A stretch of 59,884 nucleotides of DNA, the filler included, from Barthelona sp. PAP020 (lineage: Eukaryota): NCBI GenBank assembly GCA_040182905.1. It is 3 parts of 3 records of this genome, joined end to end, with 100 filler letters (N's around TTAATTAATTAA, not from the genome) between each part and the next. Parts side by side here need not be neighbours in the genome. Positions count along the whole stretch, not along the records: positions 1 to 19,914 come from JARQWU010000199.1; 2 more parts are not named here. The stretch is one strand, 5' to 3'. The notes under the pieces are model-generated. The model was not told the origin of the DNA, did no database searches, and saw only the letters and a list, made by a program, of their open reading frames with translations. Positions 1 through 12,919 of this stretch are shown here, piece by piece (positions within the stretch are counted from its first letter, which is position 1; each line of letters opens with the position of its first letter). The translations under genes and the position numbers were made by a program.

Positions 1-3000
1 GAATACGCCTCACAATAATCAAAAGCAACAACAGAATTATTGTGCACAAACGTTCCATTAAAAATACTATTGACATATACATTGTTGGAAAAAATCGTCC
101 CATTTTCAAAACAACCATGTGAAATTACTGAGTCACAGAAAATATTTCCTGAACTTTTTGAAAAAATTGAAACGCTCCAGGATAGGATGTTTTCAACCAA
201 CAAAGTATCAGTCTCTATCTGACTGGTGATAACATTTATCCCTGTTAAGGACTGTGAAGTGATCTTATTGGCAACAATCAAATAATCGCAATGAAGATTC
301 ATACAATTAATGGAATCTGCCACGAAGCAATCAATTTTATTGAAAATGTCATATGATTGAACAGTTACTAAATCATTTGACAACACAAAATCAATATGAC
401 TGTTTTCAATAAAAAGAATATTACAATCTAATAGACTTCCAACATCACTATTGATCAAACTTAGTTTAGTTGCATTGAGGACATGAGCGTGGGGTTGTTG
501 ACTGGTCAAAACAAATTCATTAACCATCGAAGCATTCACCAACCCAACAAATTCACCACCAAAAAGGGAAAACATTGGGATCACTGAGCTTCCAATAATA
601 ACACATTCTTCACAAATGTCATCTCTTGACACATTAAAAATAATCCGATCTCCACTCATAAGTTTTCCTCTGAACAAATTAATGGACATATTTGTGGCAT
701 AAATGTTATCCACATCTGTCTCATTGATGAACAATAAATTTCCCATGACTAACGCAGAAAATTGATCATTATTGTTCAATTTCAGTATCTTGTCAACAGT
801 GACATGTTTGGATGTGAAATATGCCGTCTTTGAAACAAAGATTTCAGAATATTCACTGCCTGATATAAAAATTTTGTTTAATAATTGTATAATATCAAGT
901 TCTTTGAAAAAAACTTGTCTTATTCCATCATAATATTGTAAATACGTAGCGTTTGAAGTACAAACAGATAATATCAAGGAAGAACTAACATTTACAGAAA
1001 AATTATTCACAGTGGCTCCAAAAGCAGTAAAGTTGGTCTTAATTATGACAGAATTACCATATTCAACAGATATATGTGCAAATGGTCCCAAAATACCCCT
1101 AAAATACCCATTCTTTATGAAACTACTTTGCAGTTCAAATTTACCGCGGATTACACCCAAAAAAATTGAATTATCCATGTCATCCATTTCCAATGAACTC
1201 ATGTCCCATGATTTTGAACCAAAAATCAGAATATGAACGTTTGAATCAGATAAAATTGAAATATCCACTTTACAATCAGGTAAAATAAAAATCGTTCCAT
1301 GGTCAACATCTTCATTAAAAGACAACTGAAGATTTGAAAAATGCCCAAAAATGGATGAATCAGTCAATACTACGGCAGTTTCATCAAAATTAACATGAAC
1401 AATGTTGCCTGACACATCAAATTCTCCATTTTTAACAGTAGAAAAAATGTAATTTACTAAAAGCAAATCAATATCATTCAGTATTACAGAAAGACCAAAC
1501 GGAAGATTCACAAAAAGTGAATGAATGGCCAATGTCAGTTTATTTCCAAATAACTTGTCTGGCTTCAATTCTAAAGAAATAAATCCTTCTACGTACATAG
1601 TATCATTGAAAGCTAGAATTCCTGAACCCTTTAAGATTGATCCAACTCCATATACAGTTGCATTTTTTGAAAAAACATTCAGTAGTCCTGAATCTCCACT
1701 GTATCTCACATATTGAGATACAATCATTCCAAAATTCAATGAATCAGTAATTGAAACATTAAATGATGCCAATCGTAGCTCAGTGAAGCTTGATTCACAG
1801 TTTTCAACTGTAATTCTCCATGGGGAACCACCTATTTTTGATACAATAGTAGTGTCAACAGTTGGGTTTACTTCGGTTGACGCATAACTGGTTCCAAAAA
1901 ATACTGGAGGATAATTCCACTCAAAAATACAAATTCCTGACAAAACACTAACAAAATTATAAAAGATATTGACTAAATGACCATTTGTCAACAGACATTT
2001 TGAATCAAACCTATTTGTAGAAATTTTGAACATTCTCATCATATGAACCGTGCCACCGCCACAACTTATGGAAATAGCATTTGTGAGAAAATTAATTTGT
2101 AAATGTGTCTTCCCTTCAGCAAAAAAACCACCTTGTCCAAAATAATCACCAATAAATTCGGTTTCTATCCAACCAACATCACCACCTGTACTATGAACAT
2201 ATCCTTGAATTGACGAAAACTCAATAACATAACTTTTTGTCACACCAAAAAATGAATCTTCCATTGTTTCAGCCAAAGTCCAAAAATTAATCCCCTTTCT
2301 GACATTTAAATCAAATGAATAGACGATGTGTGTCAAAAAGTCATGTGATAACGACTCAAGCGAAACAATAAAGAAAAGATAATCCACATAAATATGTTTT
2401 GAACAGGTTTGATTCAAATAAAGCTTGATTCCCATATTAAAGTTCCCACTTATGCAATCACAATTATGATCATACTCCTCATTTTCAAAATAAATGCCAT
2501 ACAAAATTAAGTGACAGATTGGATTTTTACAAAATATTTCTTCAACATTAGAAGGAATACTTGAATTAATCAGTAATTTGCTGCTAAAAGTTACATTTTG
2601 AATAACATCTACATGCTGAACAAAAAATCGGTCTTGAATAACTGAGTCAATCAATGTTGCATTGATAATGTTATATTTCGTGGCGGATATATCTAAAATT
2701 GAAGAATCAACCATTGTTAGATTGGAAATAATAAAATGTTGAGTGTTCATGAAAGAAACACTTGAGGCATTAAACAAAGTTAAATTAATGTGTGGCTTAA
2801 AATCATTGTAACCTTCATTATAACCATCGATCACATAAGTTCTTTGATCATTCTCGATAAAAATAGAATCTGAAAGGATAAACAACAAGTTAAAGTTATG
2901 TTGATTATGCGTACTAATAAATAATTCAAGATCATGATCTAAACACAGCTTTGTAAGTGTTAATTTGGTAAAAACATCATTTTTGCTGTCAAAATTGGGA

Positions 3001-6000
3001 TTGAAAATTCTCGCAGAATCACCAACAACGCTCAAGATATCATTGAATATATTAACCTCGTAAAATACATATAGATGGGATAAAACGTTGGTGGTGAAAT
3101 TAATCGTTCCCTCATATAAAAAAGCAACATCAATTCTATTTGATTCAAGATCACACACATCAACCAAACGACCATTAGTGAAGATAATTACATTCAATTT
3201 TTCTTTATTACCAACAATTTTGTCCATGAAAAAACTTTCGGAAACATCTGAACGTATCCACAAGTATTGCAAATTTTCACACAAAATGTTACTAATCATG
3301 GAACTTTCTAAATTCCCAAAGAAATTATCTGTCATGGTAATATTTGATATCTGTTCTCCTTGAATTTTAAAGCCATTTGTAACGATTGTTGAATCATCCA
3401 AACCAACTACAACATTGCAAAATAAATCTTCAACCAAACTGCAATTACCCAAAATAATCTGTTGGTTGTCAACCAAGTTATCAACATCAATATCAATACC
3501 AAAAATTAACCCATTATCTACAACCAACTCAATGAATCTAAAGTCAGAAATTTCATTGGTTGGTAATCTGTTAAGCTGAATATATTTGGAATTTGCAGTA
3601 AATTTATCAAAAATATCACAAGTTACAATAATTGTGTTCAGTAAAATAGTGAAATCATACTCAAAAGATACAACTATATTACCTTCAATCAAAATATCTT
3701 TATTATCAACTGAATAAACAACTGAAATACAATATCCCTCAATGTTTGCATAATTCTTTGTAGGCATGGTAATAACATCAAATATAACAATCTTTAAATA
3801 TCCTTCCGTATTGATATCATACATTTGGTTGGTTGTTTGACTAAAATCATTATTAACAATCAACATACCTTTGAAAACCTCAAAATTCAACGAACTCATC
3901 CCTAAATTTTTAACAAAAAAGTTACCTCTCCAATGATTATCAACTGAAAAATAACTATCAGTGGTGATTAAACAAAACATACAACTTATATAACTGGGAT
4001 TTTCAAAAAAATTACCAGTGATTACGGTCACCTTCTCAAAGGATAAAAGAGAGCTAAGAACTTTAAGTCGTTTTGATCTAATATTTCCAAAAGAATAACT
4101 GATTTGAGAATCAATCTCAATATTTCCAATAGCAAAGAGATCAAAAAGATATTGTGATGAACTGAGAGATCTGTTTAAAAAGCTTCCAATTCCATCTTCA
4201 AAAACAAAATTTATAGTGTGTTCATCATCAATATTCACCTTGGCAAATATTTTTTTTCGTGACAAAAAGAAAACTTCCCTAAATTCACCAAAAGAAAGAT
4301 TTGATCCATCATTTGAAACAAAAATATGTTTGGTATTGTGATTAAAATGATATGAACCATTCCTAATAAAAAACAAATTGTGCCCAGTATCATCTGGTAA
4401 AGGGATCTCTCCCGTATCAACAAAAGATATAAATACATCTATTCCAGCAGACGCAGTCCTGTAATATAATTGAGCCCCAGATACAACACTAACAAACATA
4501 GAACTGTCAACAATATTTGTCACATTATGAATTAACATCCAATTACAAAAAACAATGGAAGACACTAACGTAAAGTTTGCGTCAAAAATATTACCGGCAT
4601 AAATAAGAGAATTCGCCAAAACAACTTGATCAAAAAATTTCATTGTTGCAAAACGATAATTGATGAAAATCTCAAAACCATCATCTGGAGTATAAGAAAA
4701 CAAGTCAACATCACAAGTAAAATGGATACCAACAAAGTTCAAGGTCCCTCTTCCTTTAATCTCAAAACTTTCTTTCAACACAATTTCTCCTCCTATGATA
4801 AAACACTCTTCATTTAAACAATCGATAACTAATACCAATGACGTAAAACTAAACTCTAACATGTAAAATACAGTACCATCAGCAATAGTGATTTCATTCT
4901 CTGAGCAAATTCCTCCGTCATTTAGTGCGATCAAAATCGAATTGCTGAAATGGACATTGTTTCCAAACATCAAATCTGATACTCCTTTAAAATTGAAAAC
5001 TGTGTTTGCCAAAAGATTAAAATCCATTATGTCACCATCCACTCGATTGAGATTATGATCTGTATCGTTGGAAGATATCTTTCGTTCAGCAAAAATGGCG
5101 TGTGTACTAAAATCTTCAGTATCTTCGAAAATAATGGTACAATTTAAGTCAATAAAAGTCAAAAAATTAACATTACTCCCAATAAAAATGGTGCTATTGA
5201 CACAAACTAAGTCAATGTCTGAAGAGTTATCAATTCTTAGTTCTGATCCTTTAATCATGTAAATAAACACATTTTCCATACCAAAAAAAGAATTGTTCTT
5301 AAATGGCTGAATGAAAAGCATTTGTAAAGTTTCATGTTCTTTCATTTGCACAATAGTAGTGTTACCTCCAACGTAAAAGGTGGAAAACCCTTCTAATTTG
5401 ATAAACTCAAACTTTCCATTTGAAATTGAGATAAAATAGGAATTAGCCAACACGCTATTATTAATAAATGCATTATGTATGTGTGAAGGCAGATATAAAT
5501 AAGAATCAGAAGCAAATAAATGTTCAACATCAACAGAAATTAAACCTTTAACAGATCCTACAAAAACGGAATTGTTCAAAGTCAAGTTTTGGGTGGAAGA
5601 TTCAAAGTTGGTTAGAAATATATAACTATCAGTTAAAAAAAGGGAATTGTTTGTATTCTCCACGTGAATTGAACCAACTGATTTGTTAAACCAAAGATTA
5701 CCACAATCTGAAACCAAAGAAGAAGAATTCTGAAAAATCAACGTTAAATTTTCACTTATTGACTCAATAACAACCAAAGCATCAAAAATTAAAAAATTCC
5801 TTTCAAAATCAGCATCTTCAATTTCATTTACGTTCAAATTCGATATGTCAATTCTTGTAGCTTTAATAGGAACTCCTTGTGATATTATAGGTGTTATGGA
5901 CGAAGAGTTTATTATTATATCTTGAACATCAACCAAACCATCTCCATAAAATGTCAAGAGATCAACAATTGACAAAACTATTGAATCATTTGTCAATAAA

Positions 6001-7112
6001 ATAGTTGAAAATAACCAAAGATCACATGAATTAAACTCAATATCATCTAAAAAGGTAATATTACCATTATAAATTTCCAAAGACCCTTGAATATTGGAGT
6101 TTTTCAATGTTTCAACTGAGTTTAATGTCTCAAAAGTAATAGAATTGCTTCCACGTGCTTGTATTTCCAAATTAACAATAAATCCTTCAACTATAGGATT
6201 AATGACAGTTAAATCACAATTGTATAATTCACCGTAAAGAAAAACTTCATCAGTAGTCGTAGAATTAAACTCAAGTATCAATTTGGCTGACTGATCACAA
6301 AAGAAAGAAACTTCATCTGAAATAACAACTAAATGAAGATAGATATCTTTTGTTGTATTGAACGATTGGGAATAAAGAAAACCAAAAGTTACATTACAAT
6401 GAAAGACAATAGTCTCAATTGTGGTCAACACTGGTGAATGCCAAGAACACACATGCAATGGAGTGCCAACTGCCAAACCATTAATAGTTCCTTTTCCCCA
6501 TAAGTCCAAAACAAGATCATTAATATTGTTCAATAACATGTAATCATTATTATAAAAACAATAACTTCCAGTATTTTCAATTAAATAAAACCATGAGACA
6601 ACATATATCACCATATTGGAAACATCTGAGAATTGAAACTCAAAGTTAGAACTTATGATTGAAGAATTCAACAACAAAGGATGAAGCTTCAAAATACTCT
6701 CAATTTCATTGAAATATTGTGCTTCATACAAAAAAAATTGGCCAAATAACAGGGTTTTATCTAATTTGAGGTCAAATACCAAAACATGTCCAACAAATTG
6801 AATATTTGAATCGCTAAAATCAAGATTAAAACCAACAGAAGGAGTGATTGCAAGATTTTCGTAATTGACTCGAATGGTCAAGTTGCTATTCTTCAGATTA
6901 ATGTTTTTAATGTGAAAATTATGAGGTTTTTCATTCAAATAACCTGATGATATATCGACACCAAGTACAGTAATTACATTTACCTCCTTGACAATCGATA
7001 ATTCATTAGACTTTAATATACTCATGAAAATAAGGTTATCATTCAAATAGAATATCTCAAAAGCATTAAACTGCAAAGATATAATATTTTCAGAATTCCA
7101 ATATTCAACATC
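1..7112 (-). CDS. Continuation of the giant surface protein in a second frame (>2,300 aa, runs off the window start)
   Basis: The frame opens after TAA at 7115-7113 and reads DVEYWNSENIISLQFNAFEIFYLND... Stretches translated by hand (about 7110-5900, 4320-4200, 300-1) are stop-free, and the ORF track lists no stop-terminated long ORF in this frame, consistent with it staying open to the edge (...FNGTFVHNNSVVAFDYCEAY). Composition matches the upstream ORF. Confidence 0.75.
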
Positions 7113-10100
7113 TTAAAATTCATAATCCCTTCACCAGATATTGAACAACCAGGTAACTTGAGTATTTGCCCCTCAATTATAGCATTGTTTGTAAGTATCA
7201 AGGAACCAGCACCAACATAAATTGTTGAAGCAAAATAAATCAAATGTCCAATTTGATTGCTTCCTGATATCATGAGAAAATCATAAAAGAACACTTGAGA
7301 TATGTTGGAATTCTCAACAGTACCTACAATATTGCTCAATAACAAGATCGTTGATTGACTGATTGATGTGGTCAAAAGTACGTCTGATTGGTTATGAAAA
7401 ACAAGAGTGTTAATAGTTGAATTGTCGATTAACCAAATTATAGGTTCCTCAACAAAACCTCCAGAACAAAGTCTATGTATCGATGATGATTGAAGAATCA
7501 CACTGAAAAAATAAGCTTTTGCTGGCAATGTTGAATTATAGGCCTGAAGCTCATTCCCCTTGATGATATCAACTAACATAAAAGAATTGTTGAGATATAA
7601 TGTCTCCAGCAAAATGGAAATGTCTGCATCATATAACTCAACAATAAAATCGATTGTGGAGTGAATTGCCTTAATATGTCGCCAATTTGCTGACCTATAC
7701 ACAATTACCGAAGTGTAACTAATGAATAAGTTTTCAATAGTTGCTTCATCCACAAATAGACTGCAATTATACAAAGAAGCGTTGAAAATATAGTTATCAA
7801 TACCATTAAAATTAACAGTAGTGTTGTAACTGATCAAATTAGTGATATTTGTCTCACTTACACTAGCATTCAATAAAAATCTTTCAACATTGACTTGACC
7901 ATTAATTATAGTGACAGTAGAAAAATTGCTAGAAACAATGTTCATAAACACTCCCTCAGTTATCAAATCGGAATGATTCTCAGTTATATTTTCAAAGTTT
8001 ATGACTGATTTTGAACAACCAACAACGTTTTGAATGGAAGATATGTTATCGATCAAATTCAAACTGCTATTAACCAAAGAAATGCTGCTTAAGTTTGTTC
8101 TTTCGATGTGAACAACAGCATTTATAACCGTTAAGCTCGTTACATCAAGATTATCAATATGTACAACACCAGGACCTGAGATTATCAAATCAATATCATC
8201 ATTATCATCCTTCCAACTTGTCAAATTATGGATATTTATGTTACCACCAATTTGTAAAATTGAAGAAACATTGATAAAACTGTGAAATGTTTTATTTCCT
8301 GTCAAATATATGTCATTACATAACATTTCGGTGATGAAGGAGTCTCCTGCTATTTTTATTGAACCATCAAAATCAATAAGATAATCAACTTCAATATTGT
8401 GCACAAATACATTAGAACTTTCAATTTGTAGTGTATTTCCAATGATATTGCAAAATGCAACGAGTGTTGAATTCACCAAAGTCAAATTTGATATTGTAAA
8501 TACATCGCTATTCAAAAACATTGTTACATTGACAAATTTTGAATTAAAACCATAACTAGCTTCAATACTGGTTAAATAACCATTGGTTAGCAATGTGTTA
8601 TTTATAAAAAACATATCATTACATCTTAAATATTCTCCTTGCCATTCAACATTATCAAAATACAATTTTGAAACAAAAATATACCCAATAAGCCTGGAAT
8701 TCGTCACGTTAATTAAATAGTTAACCAAATACACATCAAAATAAACATCAAATAACACAAGAGTCCCAGTATCTTGTATCACTTTGGTTTTGGGAAAATC
8801 AAAGGATAAGGCCATGACGTCGATGCCTTCAACTTTAATCTCCCCATCAAGCATCAGCATTTCTTGAGAAATGTATCCGCAGAAATGAGAATCAACAATT
8901 CTAAAATCATCAACTGCTAAAATTTCAAAATATACAGGAAAGGTAATATTTAAAACACTATTGACTTTCATTATCACAATAAAGAATTGAAATTCATTGG
9001 ATTGATAAACAGTCAAAGTATTAACCCCCATAAATCTGACAGGGCGGCCAAATGTCAATGAAGATAAATTTAGAAAAGAATCGACAACAAAATCAACATT
9101 CAACTCACATGAATCAATTTTATTGCATGAAATCACAGTTTCATTGATTAAAGTCGAAGATAAACTTCCAAAAAAATTGACAGTACTATTGTAAATCCTG
9201 GTTATTGAAGGACTATCCAAATTTGATAACATTCCATTTTGGATGGTATTTAGATTAATGATGTGTCCATTACCTTCAACAATAAGATGAAATGCATTAA
9301 TATCAGTTGAAAAAATCAAATCTGTTTGCAAATTGATTGATAAAGTACCAAAAATGGATGATAAATCAACATCTAATGAAGAAAATTCTTGTAGGTCATT
9401 GATAACAATAGACAAAGTAGAATTGCCATCACTAACAAAAACTCCATAAGAAGAATCACATTGGATAGAAACACCCCTTTCAATAGTGACATTGGAACAA
9501 AATTGAACGTCTACTGAACCATATTTGACTGTTGAATTGACCAAAGAAGTCAAAAAGGAGGGCTTTGCAAAACCAACGATGGAATTAGAAATTTCAACAA
9601 AATCATTTGGAATGGGATGAATTGCTTGTACTTTCAAATCATCAATAAATTCAATATTCAATCCACATTGAAAATCACTAGTAAAAATCAATGAACAATT
9701 GGATGTTCCGACTACATGTGCTAATCCTGTATTAGTACATGTATGAATAAATGTTGTGGTATTTGGACCCAAAACTAAAGAGTTATCCCCAATATTTTGT
9801 AAATAATTTAATAATGACCCAAAATACACAGATTCTTCATCAAATTGGATAAAAGAAACGTTATTAATTGACCCTTCAACAAAACTACTCTTCATAATGG
9901 TTGAATTAACCACAAGACTTGATATTTCTTCTTGTGAAACAATACTTTCATTGTAAAACAAAGAAATGATATCAACTGCACAATCTTCAATAAAATTATC
10001 GTTTTTTGCCAAATTCATTCTTGAAATGGCCTCAAAACCGTCTAAATCATATGCTTCCAATAATCTAAGATTAAAAAGATATGTTTCCGCATTAATTTTT

Positions 10101-12535
10101 TCAGAAAATGTTATTGAACAATCATACAGATCGATATCAAAAAGAATATCTTCTAAAATATCTTTAGAAGTAAAGAAATGAATTCCACATTGTGTTTGGG
10201 ACAAAATAATACCACCAAATGAAGAATCTATCCCATTTGTAATAAAAAAAGAACCATTTAGATATAAAACATCAGATGTCTGATAAAATGTTTCAATGTT
10301 AAACATTCCTGTTAAAATTGATACATCTGAATCAATAAACAACTTATTGATGTCAATGAATACAAAAGGAATCGCTTCAAGACAAGAAATCTCCAGTTTG
10401 ACTTCATTAAGTAATATATTATCAAAAACTTGTACAGATGAATTGAAAGAGTGCAATTTATCAATATTTCCTCTAATATTAACAAAAGATGAAGAAATAT
10501 TAAGTTTAGACACAGTATTAACAGTAGCTTTCGAATTATTCAAAGAAATCATACCACTAAACAATGATTCAAAAAAAAATTCACAAAAATCCAGAGAAAG
10601 AACAGTATTCAATAAATTAAAAGGATAAGACACATTGACAATTGACAATTTAATATGTGAAGCTTCTAATATCACATCATTGATCAAAGATAGATTATAA
10701 ATGTAAGTATTTGAAAGAAAAGAAATACTGTTTGTTGCAGCTTTAGTAGAATCGTATGAAAATACTACAAAATTAGTAAATAATCCTCCAACATTACAAG
10801 TATCGCAATAAATTGTCCCTAACATCAAAGGAAAAGAAATGCTTGAAGAAACCATAGTTAATGAATCTATATTGGCATTTCCAACACCTTTTATGACACT
10901 ATCTTTCACAAAACTGCTTGAAAATTTGCCTTTTATATAAATTTCAGAAGACTTAATGAAATTTGAATTTAAAGCCCCATAAATTTGAAAATTAACATTG
11001 ATTAAAGAATAAAAATTATAAAAACCAAATAATTTCGTGGTTGCAGCATAAATAACCTTCAAATTATTATTTGTAAGTCCATATAAGGTATGTAGTTCCA
11101 AATCAACCATAACCAAAGTAAACTCAACACTATTATCATTAATACATATTTTGGGAGAATAAAATTCTCCACTAAATGGTGTAAAAGATAAAGAAATAAT
11201 GTTTAAAACGTCCAAACTCTTTAGACGACAATTTGGAGTAAACTTATCTATTTGCAATGAAGAATTGATAGAAAGTAGATCTCCTTGACATGAGATTAAC
11301 GTTATATAACTGTTTGTTAAAAAAATAGAACTTTCATTTGTTGGCAAAACACTAATTGAATTATCTACTGATATATCCTGAACAATAAGCTGACTAAAAT
11401 TACCATCACTGCTTAAATCAATTAATTCCAATCTGAGGTAAGAAAAAAAAGTCAAATCAATAAAACAATGTGTCCAGTCAGCACTTATCTCGTTATTGTT
11501 TGAAATACAAGACATAACATTTCCTTTGATTGATAATGAATACAAAGAAACGAATGTTGACACATACAAGGTGTCAAATTCAAAATAATAATGAACTATC
11601 AAATGTTTAACAATAACAGAATTCGCTACCAAATTGCCAGCTTCAACAAACCCATTTACAATCAATTTATTTGTGTATAAATCAATAAATACAACATCAG
11701 TGATATTCAAAACCTCAAATATCTCGAGATTAAAAATAGAAAAATCAAATTGAAGAGACGTTTTCTTTGAACAGTTTAAAAAAAAGGAGTTGGTTGAATC
11801 AATAGAAATAGAACTAGACACAACAATGTGTAATGACTTGGTATCATCAAGGGGAACAAATGTCATGTTATTCATTCCAGCTATAATAAACGGATTAGAA
11901 ATGGTCTGGTAAATTAAAACAGAATTAAACAACAGTATTTCAATGTCATCAACAAAGATGTTCTCACATTCAATGACACAATTATAACTTGAGGATAGAA
12001 TGACGCTTTCAACAGCAATAAGACTCAATCCATCCAATGTTGAGGATTTTTTTCCAATAAAATTATTCAAATATAAAGAAATGGAATCTGTAGATGTGAA
12101 TTGAGAAAAAATCGTTATGCTATTAAAACTAATCGAACTTTTATGATTATATATGTGAATATTTGTATCATCAAAAACCAGTAAATCAAGATTTGGAAAA
12201 TCATTTGCAAAAAGAATATTAACAAAAGATACTTGCATCTGGACACCTAAATCTGGATTTTGACTTTCAGAACTAATAATAATATTGGAATAAACGGCAT
12301 TATCTTTGCCAGTAATTGAAAGTACAACTGATGAGGTTAATTCCAAATCAAAAACCAAAATTTGGCAATATTCGTTCTGTAAAATCGTTTTTGAAGATAC
12401 CTTTACTGAATAAGAAACAATTTCTGAAGTTTCAATCACGATTCCATTTTTGCAAGGAATTTCTTTCAATCCATTCACAGAAGTTATTAATTGTAAAACA
12501 AACAAAAATATTATACCAATAAATTCATTTTTCAT
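7043..12535 (-). CDS. Giant secreted/surface protein, N-terminal part (1830 aa ORF); predicted beta-helix/solenoid-rich, function unknown
   Basis: Long ORF with an N-terminal signal-peptide-like segment (MKNEFIGIIFLFVLQLITSVNG). Composition is I/V/N/S/D/F-rich with short repetitive beta-strand-like motifs (e.g. NSTL, NSSL, NVTM). It probably continues into the next frame after a break near 7112-7134. Confidence 0.75.
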   Translation of the reverse strand: MKNEFIGIIFLFVLQLITSVNGLKEIPCKNGIVIETSEIVSYSVKVSSKTILQNEYCQILVFDLELTSSVVLSITGKDNAVYSNIIISSESQNPDLGVQMQVSFVNILFANDFPNLDLLVFDDTNIHIYNHKSSISFNSITIFSQFTSTDSISLYLNNFIGKKSSTLDGLSLIAVESVILSSSYNCVIECENIFVDDIEILLFNSVLIYQTISNPFIIAGMNNMTFVPLDDTKSLHIVVSSSISIDSTNSFFLNCSKKTSLQFDFSIFNLEIFEVLNITDVVFIDLYTNKLIVNGFVEAGNLVANSVIVKHLIVHYYFEFDTLYVSTFVSLYSLSIKGNVMSCISNNNEISADWTHCFIDLTFFSYLRLELIDLSSDGNFSQLIVQDISVDNSISVLPTNESSIFLTNSYITLISCQGDLLSINSSLQIDKFTPNCRLKSLDVLNIISLSFTPFSGEFYSPKICINDNSVEFTLVMVDLELHTLYGLTNNNLKVIYAATTKLFGFYNFYSLINVNFQIYGALNSNFIKSSEIYIKGKFSSSFVKDSVIKGVGNANIDSLTMVSSSISFPLMLGTIYCDTCNVGGLFTNFVVFSYDSTKAATNSISFLSNTYIYNLSLINDVILEASHIKLSIVNVSYPFNLLNTVLSLDFCEFFFESLFSGMISLNNSKATVNTVSKLNISSSFVNIRGNIDKLHSFNSSVQVFDNILLNEVKLEISCLEAIPFVFIDINKLFIDSDVSILTGMFNIETFYQTSDVLYLNGSFFITNGIDSSFGGIILSQTQCGIHFFTSKDILEDILFDIDLYDCSITFSEKINAETYLFNLRLLEAYDLDGFEAISRMNLAKNDNFIEDCAVDIISLFYNESIVSQEEISSLVVNSTIMKSSFVEGSINNVSFIQFDEESVYFGSLLNYLQNIGDNSLVLGPNTTTFIHTCTNTGLAHVVGTSNCSLIFTSDFQCGLNIEFIDDLKVQAIHPIPNDFVEISNSIVGFAKPSFLTSLVNSTVKYGSVDVQFCSNVTIERGVSIQCDSSYGVFVSDGNSTLSIVINDLQEFSSLDVDLSSIFGTLSINLQTDLIFSTDINAFHLIVEGNGHIINLNTIQNGMLSNLDSPSITRIYNSTVNFFGSLSSTLINETVISCNKIDSCELNVDFVVDSFLNLSSLTFGRPVRFMGVNTLTVYQSNEFQFFIVIMKVNSVLNITFPVYFEILAVDDFRIVDSHFCGYISQEMLMLDGEIKVEGIDVMALSFDFPKTKVIQDTGTLVLFDVYFDVYLVNYLINVTNSRLIGYIFVSKLYFDNVEWQGEYLRCNDMFFINNTLLTNGYLTSIEASYGFNSKFVNVTMFLNSDVFTISNLTLVNSTLVAFCNIIGNTLQIESSNVFVHNIEVDYLIDFDGSIKIAGDSFITEMLCNDIYLTGNKTFHSFINVSSILQIGGNINIHNLTSWKDDNDDIDLIISGPGVVHIDNLDVTSLTVINAVVHIERTNLSSISLVNSSLNLIDNISSIQNVVGCSKSVINFENITENHSDLITEGVFMNIVSSNFSTVTIINGQVNVERFLLNASVSETNITNLISYNTTVNFNGIDNYIFNASLYNCSLFVDEATIENLFISYTSVIVYRSANWRHIKAIHSTIDFIVELYDADISILLETLYLNNSFMLVDIIKGNELQAYNSTLPAKAYFFSVILQSSSIHRLCSGGFVEEPIIWLIDNSTINTLVFHNQSDVLLTTSISQSTILLLSNIVGTVENSNISQVFFYDFLMISGSNQIGHLIYFASTIYVGAGSLILTNNAIIEGQILKLPGCSISGEGIMNFKMLNIGILKILYLCSLMLLRYSI

Positions 12536-12919
12536 AAGAAATATTTCATTGTTCCCTTGACAAAAAAATTAGGGATTGGCATCATTTTTTTTAAAAAAAC
12601 AAAAACGTAAATAAAATCAAATAATATTATTTATACAAATTTAAAGTACAAAAAGAGGATAATCTTTCTTTGGGAAAAAATCAAGGAATTTTCCTCTTTT
12701 TTTTAAGAAATGGATGTGTTAATTTATTGATAAATAAATAAATGATCAATATAAAGATTGATATTCAATTAACAAAGTCAACAACAAGTACTTTAGAAAA
12801 TTATTTTTACTTTTGCCTTTAAAAATGTAGTTTCAACAGAAATGGAAAACTAACTACAATAAAATGACCAAAAATCAAAAGAAAAAAAAAATGTTGTTTT
12901 TATTCCAAAAACTTTTTTA

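Noticed and set aside
40..12522. Short plus-strand ORFs (and similar 60-200 aa ORFs overlapping genes elsewhere)
   Set aside because: Antisense or alternate-frame shadows of long CDSs, with no recognisable motifs.
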